Source: Octopus sinensis (taxonomy: Eukaryota). Taken from it: a stretch of 64,000 nucleotides of DNA. The number at the start of each line of letters is the position of its first letter. Positions within the stretch are counted from its first letter, which is position 1. Location of the stretch: the NCBI RefSeq assembly GCF_006345805.1, contig NC_043016.1:26474001-26538000 (forward strand). Direction: 5' to 3'. A program made the translations under genes and the position numbers. This document shows positions 25,801-37,037 of this stretch, in pieces. The notes below the pieces were generated by a model. That model was not told the origin of the DNA and made no database searches. It saw only the letters and a program-made list of their open reading frames with translations.

Positions 25801-26489
25801 TCTTTTGGTGTGCAACAAATTGATGCCCTTGTTGTTGAATTAATATTTTTCTTCTTTTTGTTTCTTTTCTTTTGCTCCTGATCGTGTTTTCTCTGTTTTG
25901 GATTTGTATTTTAATATGGAATATCTTTATGTAATTAAGTTGTAGAATAGTTCATTAAACTGAGATTTTCTTTTTCTTCAAAAAGACAAAAATTACTTAG
26001 GCCTGGATAAAAAAAAAAAATCTACGGAGCTGTAGTTAAACTTTATACTTCTGTACTCAGAACATCGGTCAAATAAACTTCAGAAAATATTTCAATTGAA
26101 CTAAATTTCAGTACTATTTGCTAACTGTATTTTTTTTTTTTTCAAAAAAATAGCTTTGTTGATAACCAAAATTTTTATACAAAGCTTTTGATATTATAAC
26201 ATGTTATCTTATAAATAGTGCTTAAGTGTGTGTGTATGTGTCTTTCTGTCTGTGCGTTGCACCCACCCCACCACTTCAGAAACACAACTGGTTTGTTTAC
26301 ATACCTGTAACAAAGTGGTTCAGCAAAAGGAGTCGATTGAATAAGCACCAAACCAGTACAACTAAAACACTTCAGGGTGGTACCCAGGATGGCTTCAATC
26401 TAATATCTGAAATAAGTGAAAAAAAAAAAAAAATAAAGGATACAAGATATCTATCAATCAGCCTATCTGTTTGTCTCTCTAAATGTCAG

Positions 26490-26520
<31 letters not shown>

Positions 26521-26639
26521 CTGTGTGTCTCTCTACATATATGTGAGTGTATAACTGTATGCATGTATACAGCAATACCTTTACTTGTGTGATGCATGTG
26601 TATACTCTTTTCTTTTAGCCATGGGACTGTGACCATGAT

Positions 26640-27750
26640 GGGACATATATATTCTTCTTCCTTTTTCTTTCACCTGCACTTAGAGTTCTTCCTACCGTTC
26701 ATATTCTAAGTAACCTTTACTCAGTATTCTCCCTCCCTTTACTTAATGTTCTCATTTCCCAAATAGTGTTCTCCTACCCTTTCCTTTTCAAAGTAACGTT
26801 CTCTCACTATTCTTCCTTCTTTCCATTTTCTATATAACCTTCACCTAATGTTCCCCTTCCTTCATTTTCTATATAACCATTACTTAACGTTCTCACTCCC
26901 CTTCTTTTCCACATAAGGTTCACCTAATGTTCCTTCCCCGTCTCCTTCATTTCCTATATAACATTCACTTAACGTTCCCCCCCTTTCTATATAACCTTCA
27001 CCTAATGTTCCCCTTCATTTTCTATATAACATTCACTTAACGTTCTCCCCCCACTCTTTTCTATATAACCTTCACCTAATGTTCCTCCCCTGTCTCCTTC
27101 ATTTCCTATATAACATTCACTTAACGTTCCCCCCCCTTTCTATATAACCTTCACCTAATGTTCCCCTTCATTTTCTATATAACATTCACTTAACGTTCTC
27201 CCCCCACTCTTTTCTATATAACCTTCACCTAATGTTCCTCCCCCGTCTCCTTCATTTCCTATATAACATTCACTTAACGTTCTCCCCCCTTTCAATATAA
27301 CCTTCACCTAATGTTCCCCTTCATTTTCTATATAACCTTCACTTAACGTTCTCCCCCCACTCTTTTCTATATAACCTTCACCTAATGTTCCCCTTAGACT
27401 CCATTTCCAATATAACCTTCACTTAATGTTCTCCCTCCCTTCCTTTTCTATATAACCTTCACCTGATGTTCCCCCTCGACTCCATTTTCTATATAACCTT
27501 CACTTGACGTTCTCCCTCCCCTTCTTTTCTATACAAATTTCATTTAGTGTTCTCCACCCCTTCTTTTTCCACATGACCTTCACTAAATGTTCTCTCTCCA
27601 CTTCATTTACTATATAAAACATTCCCTCAGTGTTCTCACTTCCCCTTATTTTCTGTATATAACCTTCACTTAATGTTCTCCCTTCAATTCCCTTTTCTAT
27701 ATAACCTTCACTTAAGGTTCTCCCAACACGTCCTTTTCTACATAACATTC
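26640..27750 (+). repeat. Pyrimidine-rich satellite block 1 (~35-42-bp monomer) containing a 152-153-bp higher-order repeat
   Basis: Monomer ttctatataaccttcac(c/t)taa(t/c)gttctcccc... A 4-monomer unit recurs at 26941, 27093 and 27246. Confidence 0.9.
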
Positions 27751-28139
27751 ACCTAAGGCTTTAACGCTCAGATTACACTGCCAAATGTAATGCTTATTTA
27801 TTCCCCTTGTTTTGAATTAATCACGTAATATTTCATAGATTACAATGACATGATTGTTAATATTTAGCATGACATTCCAGGGTAGATAGTATGATCATTT
27901 AGGTCTGGCTACTTTGAACATAAGACGTAAAAAATATTTTGGCCTGATATTCTGTCAATACATACTTATTCACATTCTCGAGTTCCTCATGCATTATCGC
28001 ATAGCTTCAAGATTTTGATGATATGATTGTTTATTTTAAGAATGACATTGTCAGATAGGTGTGAGAGGCTGGATCTGACCAGTTTGAACATAAAATGAGT
28101 AGAATATTTGCACAGGGTATGACTGGTTTAAATGATAAA

Positions 28140-28430
28140 GTTTAATTGCTAATGTTTTCCTATACCTTTTCTATACAACTTTCATCTCCCAACACCCAGT
28201 TTATTTTCCATCTCATCTTCACTCACTGTTCTCCCATCCCTTCCTTTTATATATTATCTTCACAAAATATCTTCTCTTCTCTTTCTTTTCTATATAATCT
28301 TCACTTAGTATTCTCCTTCCTTTTTTATACAGCCTAGACATTGAGTTCTCCCCCTCACCTACTTCCTTTTCTATAAAGCCTTCACTCAGTGGTCCTCCAC
28401 CTGTTTAGTTTCTATATAACATTGACATCT
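28140..28430 (+). repeat. Satellite block (diverged monomers)
   Basis: ttctatataa..ttcact(c/t)agt monomers. Confidence 0.7.
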
Positions 28431-28606
28431 ATATAGGCGCAGGCGTGGCTGTGTGGTAAGAAGCTTGCTCCCCAACCACATGGTTCCAGGTTCAGTCCCA
28501 CAGTGTGGTGCCTTCAGCTTGTGTCTTCTACTGTGACCTCAGGCCAACCAAAGCCTTGTGAGTGGATTCACTAGACAGAAACTAAAAGAAGCCCATCATC
28601 TATAAA

Positions 28607-28837
28607 CAGGGTTGGCCAAAAGTCACCTGACAGTAAATCAAAACCATTTAATTCTCAAAATTTATTTATGTTTAACTGAATGAATTTAATAAAGCATCTA
28701 AATATGAAACATCATGAAAATTGTCCACACTGAAGTCATTCTTGAGCAACACCATTTTCCCAAATGAATAAATAAAATTGAATATTAAGTATTTATGGAA
28801 TTTTGATATACTGTCGGGTGACTCTTGGCCAACCCTG
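28607..28837. mobile_element. Tc1/mariner-type MITE inserted in a family B SINE (~28437-28600)
   Basis: TIR cagggttggccaaaagtcacctgacagta / tactgtcgggtgactcttggccaaccctg, with TA at the right flank. Confidence 0.85.
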
Positions 28838-28859
28838 TATATGTGTGCATTTGTGTGTA

Positions 28860-28900
<41 letters not shown>

Positions 28901-28904
<4 letters not shown>

Positions 28905-29420
28905 GGAGAATTCACGAAAAAACAAAAGACAAAGACAGGTGGTATAGAAAACAAACAGATGTATTAGTATAATGCTCAGGAATTGAAAAAGTCTTTTACG
29001 TTTTGAGCCTGCGCTCTTCTACAGAAAGGGACACAGAAAAAAACAAGGAGAGAAGAAAAAAATGTGTGTAGTGGTTACCGATCTATCATTGCTATTATGT
29101 TAAACTGTTGTACGTTCAAATTTGGCCAAATACGTTTTTTTTTTTTTTTATCAAGATTTAATTTTGCTTTCAATAGCCGGTTCTTTTGGTATCTCCAGCT
29201 GCTTCAGATGCCAAGATATAAAAATTGTCAAAGTGTAGTACGATGGTTTAGCATCTTTGAAAAGTGTAGTAAGTCCCACATACGAAAGTTTTGCAAAAAA
29301 ATATTTCTAGCTGAAAATATCATACATGCATGGAGTTATGATTTTATGCACTCAACAAAGTATTATTGTTAAACTGAAACTGTTCCTAATGTAAAAAGAA
29401 ATGGAATGGTGAAACTATTT
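28901..29420 (-). mobile_element. Penelope-like element 3' part (GIY-YIG C-terminus remnant and tail)
   Basis: Minus-strand FYILASE...RLLKAK...IWPNLN-like remnant, followed by a tail carrying a hammerhead-like motif and (TA)n. Confidence 0.6.
28991..29030 (-). ncRNA. Degenerate minimal type-I hammerhead ribozyme-like motif (PLE-associated)
   Basis: Minus strand cttt-CUGUAGA-A-GAGC-gcag-GCUC-AAAA-CG-UA-aaag gives stem I cttt/aaag, stem II GAGC/GCUC and a palindromic ACGU stem III. The core deviates at A6 and G12. Confidence 0.45.
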
Positions 29421-29448
29421 TTTTGTATTTTTCTATATATATGTATAT

Positions 29449-29583
29449 ATAGAAGAATACAGTGTACATTCAAACAAATAAGAGATGACGAATAATAGGA
29501 CATCTGACTCACTAGAAAGAGCAGTCAGATGTCCTATTATTGATCATCTCTTATGTGTTTGAATGTACACTGTATTCTTCTAT
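29449..29583. repeat. Long inverted repeat (~61-bp arms, 13-nt loop)
   Basis: atagaagaatacagtgtacattcaaac...ggacatctgact / agtcagatgtcc...gtttgaatgtacactgtattcttctat with few mismatches. Confidence 0.95.
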
Positions 29584-29700
29584 GAATAATGTATAGTCTA
29601 TTGACTAAATTTTTCCTTCTCGCTAGACCACTGGTAACAAAGAATTTTTCTATAAATATTTTTGCTACCCTAAAATTTTTTAATTAATGATATATATATA

Positions 29701-29780
29701 TTGGGCAAGTGTCTTCTACTATAGCCTCGGGCCGACCAAAGCCTTATGAGTGGATTTGGTAGACAGAAACTGAAAGAAGC

Positions 29781-29821
<41 letters not shown>

Positions 29822-30040
29822 GTGTGTATGTGTGTTTGCGTGTCTGTGTTTGTCCCCCCCAACATCGCTTGACAACCGATGCTGGTGTGTTTACGTCCCC
29901 ATTACTTAGCAGTTCGGCAAAAGAGAGCGATAGAATAAGTACTAGGCTTACAAAGAATAAGTCCTGGGGGGTCGATTTGCTAGACTAGAAAGGCGGTGCT
30001 CCAGCATGGCCACAGTCAAATGACTGAAACAAGCAAAGAG
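29701..30040 (+). mobile_element. SINE family B (head truncated, close to consensus)
   Basis: ttgggcaagtgtcttctactatagcctcgggccgacc...gactgaaacaagc. Confidence 0.85.
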
Positions 30041-30114
30041 TATAATATATATATATATTATATATATATATATATATATTGTTGCTATAATACAAAAGCA
30101 ATACGTGACCAATC

Positions 30115-30455
30115 CTAAAGCAGGAAACCACTCATAAACTTGTGTTTTGCACATGGCAGAATCCTTGTAAGCTATTTGAAGTATGACAACTGTTTCAGCC
30201 ACCATTTTCCCCAGCAATAAACAGAATTTCATGGAAGCATGTTGTTCCTTTGTTTCAGCCATCAGAAAAATTGACAAACAGGGAAGAAGCACTGCAAAGC
30301 AAATATGCATCCAGGTGGCAGTACGATAAGAAATGTTGTCGGTCTGCAGACTGATGCCTGAGGGTTGCATCAAGTGGCTTCTAGCAGCAGAAGCCTGAAC
30401 TACAATGGGTTTGTCCCATAGAGAACATTTCCAGTTACCTTTGGGTAGCCCCTTG
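30115..30455 (-). mobile_element. Mariner 5' end with transposase N-terminal HTH fragment
   Basis: TA-caaggggctacccaaa left end. Translation MAETKEQHASMKFCLLLGKMVAETVVILQIAYKDSAMCKTQVYEWF. Confidence 0.85.
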
Positions 30456-30459
30456 TATA

Positions 30460-31320
30460 ACCTTCACTCAGAATTCCCCTGTTATTTTTTATATAACCCT
30501 TAATGTTCCTCTCCACCTTCTTTTCAACATAACATTCAATTACCCTTTAGCATTTAAACCAGCCATATCAAGCCCCTATATTCTACATGTTTATGTTCAA
30601 ACTGACTAGATTCAGCCTCTCACACCTACTATACAATGTCATTCTAAAAATATACAATCACATCATTGAAATTTTGGCACTATGAGATAATACATAGTTA
30701 ATTCAAACCAATTTAAATGATAAACATTATATTTTTCTATAAAACCTTCACTTAAGTGTCCACCCTCTCTTTCCCTTTCTATGTAACCATCATTCATTCG
30801 TCCTTTCCCTTCCATTTCTAAATAACTTTCATTGTGGTCTCTATCTCATTTATTTTCCATATAACATTCAGTTAAAATTCTTCTTCCATTTCATTCTCTG
30901 TGTAACCTACCCTTTGGGTTTTTCCTCACTTTCTTTTTTCTATATAACCATCAGTTAGGTTCTCATTCCCCTTCTTATTCCACACAACCTTCCCTTAACA
31001 TCTTACACCTTCCCTTAACATCTTCTTACACCTTCCCTTTCTATATAACTTTCAGAAAATGTTCTTCTTCTATCTTGTTTCCTATATAACCTTCACTCAA
31101 TGATCTCACATTTATTTCCTACATAACATTCACTTAATGATCTCTTTCCTATACATTTTGCATATAACCTTCACTCAGTTTTCTCCCTCAACTTCCATTT
31201 CTATATAACCATCATTTAATGCTCTCCTTTTCTTTCAATGTCTATATAACCATCACTTTTCCTCCCCTACACTCATTATTCTCCCTTCCCATTCATTTCT
31301 ATATAATATTCACTCACCCC
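30460..31320 (+). repeat. Satellite block, interrupted by a TTAA-MITE fragment
   Basis: ttctatataacc(t/a)tcact monomers. Confidence 0.85.
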
Positions 31321-31684
31321 CTTTGGTTAATACTTAATGGTACTTCACCCATCACTACGTGTTCTGAGTTCAAATTCCACTGAGGTTAAATTTGCTTTTC
31401 ACCCTCTCAGGGTCAATAAATTAAGCACTAGCGAAACACTGGTCAATGCAATTGACTAGCCCCCTCCCACAAAACTTCAAGCCTTGTACCCAGAGTAGAA
31501 AGGATTATTATCATTATTATTAAGGTAGCAAGCTGACAGAGTTGTTAGCTTGTTAATCAAAATGCTTAGCAGTATTTCATCCATATTTACATTCTGAGTT
31601 GTACCAGTTGACTACTGGGACAAATGTAATTGACATACCCCTACCCAAAAAAGTCAGGCCTTGTGCCAAAATTCAAAAGGAATA

Positions 31685-32540
31685 TTAAATGAAGGTACTA
31701 TAGGAAAGGAAGTGGATTATAACACTGAGTGAAGATTACATAGGAAATAAAGGTGAAGGGAAACATTAAGTGATGGTTACATTGTGGAGGAAGAACATGG
31801 AGAACATTAAATGAAGGCTACATGGAAAAGAAAGGGGAGGGAAAAGACTGAGTGGATGTTATGTAGAAAATGAACAGAAAGGAGGTTACTGATTGAATAG
31901 TATATAGAAATTGAAGTGTGAGGAGAAAATTATGTGATGGTTATATAGAGGAAAAGGTGAAGGGAGAACTCTGAATGCAAGTTATATAGGAAAAGAAGGG
32001 GAGGGAGAACACTGAAGGAAGGTTATATAGAAAATAAAGGCGAGGGAAAACACTAAGTGAAGGTTATATAGAAAATAAATAGGTGGGAGAATATTAAGTG
32101 AAGGTTATGTAGAAAAGGAAAGAGAGGTAGATCCCTAAAGGAAGGTTATATAGAAAATAAATAGGAGGGAGATCACTGAGTGGAGGATATATATAGGAAA
32201 GGAGAGGAGGGGACCATTAAGTTTAGTTTATATAAAAGAGCAATGGGTGGGAAAACACTGAATAAAGTTTATATAGAAAATAAAGGGTGAGGAGAATATT
32301 AAATGAAGGTTGTTTAGAAAAGGAAGGGGAAAGCGATCCATAAATGATGGTAAGGGAAGAGAAATCCATAAATGTTATAGACAGGAACAAATGGAAGAAG
32401 GAAAGTAACAGTGATGATTATATAGAAATGGCAGGGAAGAGAGATCCCTGATTGAAGCTTTTAGAGGAAAACAAATTGTATGGAAAACACTAAGGAAGAC
32501 TAAAGAGTAGAGAACACTAAATGCAGGTTATATGCAAAAA
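31685..32540 (-). repeat. Satellite block in inverted orientation
   Basis: Purine-rich monomers actgagtgaaggttatatagaaaa, the reverse complement of the flanking blocks. Confidence 0.9.
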
Positions 32541-32681
32541 GACTGGTGTTTCACTGGTGCTTAATTTATTGACCCTGAGAGGATGAAAGGCAAATTTGAC
32601 CTGAGTGGAATTTGAACTCAGAACATGTAGTGATGGGTGAAATACCACAAAGCATTTTATCTATTCTGCCAGCTTGCTGCC

Positions 32682-32718
<37 letters not shown>

Positions 32719-32719
<1 letters not shown>

Positions 32720-33440
32720 GCTGAGGAGGGAGACAGAAAGTTTGCTAGCTGCATAAGATCAAGCATTAAGGACTAATTGGATAAAAGCCAAGGAAATTCC
32801 CAATATAAATTATGTAAATCAAAAGAGGAAAGCATCACTCATATAGTAAGTGAATGTAGCGTGCCGGCAAAGAAAGAAAACAATAAAAGACGTGACAATC
32901 TAGGGTGAGCAATCTGCTGGAAGCTATGTAGAAAGCTAAGATTTGAATGTACTGATAAATAGTCTGAACATGAACCTAGTAAAGTACTAGAAAGTAAGAA
33001 GTACAAGATGCTGTGGGACTTTAACATTCAGACTGAAAGAGTAATAGAAATCAGGCTATCTAGCCTGATTTCATAGTAGTAGATAAAGACAATAGAAAGT
33101 GCCAGATAATGGACTTTACAGTCCCAAATGATGAAAAAATTAATATGAGAAGAATAGAAAAATTAGCAAAGTACCAGGATATAACCATTGAATTACAGAG
33201 ACTATGGAAAGTGCTGGTAAAATGTATCCCAATAGTTATAGGTGCATTGAGAACTATACCAAAAGATTTGAACAGATAGATAGTGGAAATAGGCATAAAA
33301 CCCAGTTTTGTACAGCTCCAGAAAACAGCATTATTAGGGACAGCTAGGATACTTAGGTGGGTTCTTGGCATCTAAGGTTACTTGCTGTAGACTGATGTTA
33401 GGATTCTTTTCTTTTCCAAGTCTAATCTGTTGAGTGTATT

Positions 33441-33445
<5 letters not shown>
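32719..33445 (+). mobile_element. R4/Dong-like non-LTR retrotransposon 3' fragment flanked by (TAA)n
   Basis: ETESLLAA*DQALRTNW, (Y)KLCKSKEESITHIVSEC zinc knuckle, MLWDFNIQT..PDFIVVDK..IMDFTVP..EKLAKYQD..TARILRWVLGI* (RLE domain). (TAA)n at 32683-32718 and 33445-33493. Confidence 0.88.
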
Positions 33446-33493
<48 letters not shown>

Positions 33494-33496
<3 letters not shown>

Positions 33497-33628
33497 GATA
33501 ACAGTGTTATTAGGGAGAGCTAGAATACTTAAGAGGTTTCTTGGCACCTAAGGTAACTTGTAGCCCAATGTTAGGATTTTTTTCTTTTCCAACAATCTAC
33601 AGTCTAATCTGTTATGTGTATATGAAAA
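33494..33628 (+). mobile_element. Second, shorter R4/Dong-like 3' end in tandem
   Basis: TVLLGRARILKRFLGT* plus a homologous 3' UTR ending in aataataat. Confidence 0.8.
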
Positions 33629-33664
33629 TAATAATGATGATGATAATGATAACAATAATAATAA

Positions 33665-33860
33665 TGGTTTCGTATTTTGGCACAAGGCCAGCAATTTCAG
33701 GAATTCAATTACATCGACCCCAGTGCTCAACTGGTACTTATTTCATTGATCCTGAAGGTCAACCTCAATGCAAGTTGAACTCAGTATGTAAAAACAGATG
33801 AAATGCCACTAATCATTTTGTCTGATATGCTAATGATTCTGCCAATTTGCTGCCTACCTT
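33665..33860 (-). mobile_element. SINE family A
   Basis: Reverse-complement family A tail and body. Confidence 0.75.
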
Positions 33861-34609
33861 CAGCTAATATATTATCCTTGAACCCCATTTCCATATAACT
33901 TCCATGTAGTGTTCTTTCCTCCTCTCCATTGCATTTCTATAAAAATCTTTACGCAATAATCTCCTTCTAGTGTAGTTTTTGTATAAACTTCACTTAATGT
34001 CTCTCTCAATATCTGTATAAGCTTCAGTCAGTGACATCCCACCTATTCAGTGTTCTCCTGCCACCCCATCATCATCATCATCATCATCATCATTTAGCGT
34101 CCGCTTTCCATGCTAGCATGGGTTGGACGGGTCAACTGGGGTCTGTGAAGCTGGAAGGCTTCGTCAGGCCCAGTCAGATCTGGCAGTATTTCTACGGCTG
34201 GATGCCCTTCCTAACGCCAACCACTCCACAAGTGTAGTGGGTGTTTTTTACGTGCCACCTGCACAGGTGCCAGACAGAAATTTTTTCTACTATAGGCATA
34301 AGGCCTGAAATTTTGGGGGAGGAGACTAGTCAATTCCATTGACTCCAGTGTTCAATTTGTACCTATTTTATCACTCCCAAAAGGATGAAAGGCAAAGTCG
34401 ACCCCAGCAGCATCTGAACTCAGAAATACTGTCAGACGAAATACTGCTTTTTATCTATATACTATACTTTAGGTTCTCTCCCCACCTTTCATGTAACCTT
34501 TTACTTGATGTTCTTTCTCCTTTTCATTTTCTATTTATCATTCACTTCAGATTATACTCGGCATCCTTACTTAATGTTCTCCCTTCTCTTAGAGTTCTTT
34601 CTCCCTGTC

Positions 34610-37037
34610 ATTTTTCTATATAACCTTTTTTTTAGGGTCCTTATTCTCCATTCTTTTCAATATAACATTCACTTAATTTTCTCTCTCCCTTTTCTTTTCT
34701 ATATACCATCAACATCAAAATAAAAATCAATTGGAAATTGTATTTGTGATACCCAAGCCTGTGGCACATAAAAAGCACCATCTGAACGTGGCCAATGCCA
34801 GCGCCGCCTTGACTGGCAGCCATGCCGGTGACACATAAAAAACACCAACCATTGTGGCCGTTGCTAGCTTCCTCTCTGGCCCTTGTGCTGGTGGCACATA
34901 AAAAGCACCCACTACAGTCACAGAGTGGTTGGCATTAGGAAGGGCATCCAGCTGTAGAAACACTGCCAGATCAGACTGGAGCCTGGTGCAGCCTCCTGGC
35001 TTCCCAGATCCCAGTCAAACCATCCAACCCATGCTAGCATGGAAAACGGACGTTAAACAATGATGATATCTATTTCTTTACTACCCACAAGGGGCTATCC
35101 ACAGAGAGGACAAACACGGACAGACAAACGAATTAAGTCGATTATATCGACCCCAGTGCATAACTGGTACTTATTTAATCGACCCCGAAAGGATGAAAGG
35201 CAAAGTCGACCTCGGTGGAATTTGAACTCAGAACGTAACGGCAGACGAAATACGGCTATGCATTTCGCCCGGCGTGCTAACGTTTCTGCCAGCTCGCCGC
35301 CAAACAATGATGATACCATTCACTCAATGATCTCCCTCATGTTTATTTTCTATATAACTTGCACTCAGTATTTCCCCACCACTTCCTTTTTCATATAACC
35401 TTTGCTCAATATTCATCCCTCCTCTTTATCTAGTTAACCTTCCCTTCACTTTTTCCCCAACCTTCTTTTCAATATAACTTTCACTGAATGTTCTCCTAAC
35501 ATTCTTTCCCATGTAACCTTTAGTCAGTGTTCTCCCTCCCCTTCCTTTTCTATATAACCTTCATTAAATGATCTTCCACCCTTCTTGTTCTATATACTCT
35601 TCATTCATTCTCCCTACCCTTCCCTCTTTATGTAACTATCACTCATTATTCTCCCTTCTCTTCCATTTCTATATAACCTACCCACGGTGATCTTCCTCTC
35701 ATTTTTTTCATATAACCTTCACTTAATATTCTCCTCCTTCATTATTTGCTATATAACCCTCACTCAGTGAGGGTTCTTTTTCAAAATAACTTTCACTTAA
35801 TAATTTCCTCCACTTCATTTTCTATATAACCTTTTTTTTAGGGTCCTTATTCTCCATTCTTTTCAATATAACATTCACTTAATTTTCTCTCTCCCTTTTC
35901 TTTCTATATACCATCAACATCAAAATAAAAATCAATTGGAAATTGTATTTGTGATACCCAAGCCTGTGGCACATAAAAAGCACCATCTGAACGTGGCCAA
36001 TGCCAGCGCCGCCTGACTGGCAGCCATGCCGGTGACACATAAAAAACACCAACCAATTGTGGCCGTTGCTAGCTTCCTCTGGCCCTTGTGCTGGTGGCAC
36101 ATAAAAAGCACCCACTACAGTCACAGAGTGGTTGGCATTAGGAAGGGCATCCAGCTGTAGAAACACTGCCAGATCAGACTGGAGCCTGGTGCAGCCTCCT
36201 GGCTTCCCAGATCCCAGTCAAACCATCCAACCCATGCTAGCATGGAAAACGGACGTTAAACAATGATGATATCTATTTCTTTACTACCCACAAGGGGCTA
36301 TCCACAGAGAGGACAAACACGGACAGACAAACGAATTAAGTCGATTATATCGACCCCAGTGCATAACTGGTACTTATTTAATCGACCCCGAAAGGATGAA
36401 AGGCAAAGTCGACCTCGGTGGAATTTGAACTCAGAACGTAACGGCAGACGAAATAAGGCTATGCATTTCGCCCGGCGTGCTAACGTTTCTGCCAGCTCGC
36501 CGCCAAACAATGATGATACCATTCACTCAATGATCTCCCTCATGTTTATTTTCTATATAACTTGCACTCAGTATTTCCCCACCACTTCCTTTTTCATATA
36601 ACCTTTGCTCAATATTCATCCCTCCTCTTTATCTAGTTAACCTTCCCTTCACTTTTTCCCCAACCTTCTTTTCAATATAACTTTCACTGAATGTTCTCCT
36701 TAACATTCTTTCCCATGTAACCTTTAGTCAGTGTTCTCCCTCCCCTTCCTTTTCTATATAACCTTCATTAAATGATCTTCCACCCATTCTTGTTCTATAT
36801 ACTCTTCATTCATTCTCCCTACCCTTCCCTCTTTATGTAACTATCACTCATTATTCTCCCTTCTCTTCCATTCTATATAACCTACCCACGGTGATCTTCC
36901 TCTCATTTTTTTCATATAACCTTCACTTAATATCTCCTCCTTCATTATTTGCTATATAACCCTCACTCAGTGAGGGTTCTTTTTCAAAATAACTTTCACT
37001 TAATAATTTCCTCCCACTTCATTTTCTATATAACCTT
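34610..37037 (+). repeat. Near-identical ~1204-bp tandem duplication (satellite + RTE tail + SINE A on minus strand + satellite)
   Basis: ctatataacctt junctions at 34616, 35822 and 37026. Twin ORFs 35060-35398 and 36263-36601 differ by one residue. Confidence 0.95.
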
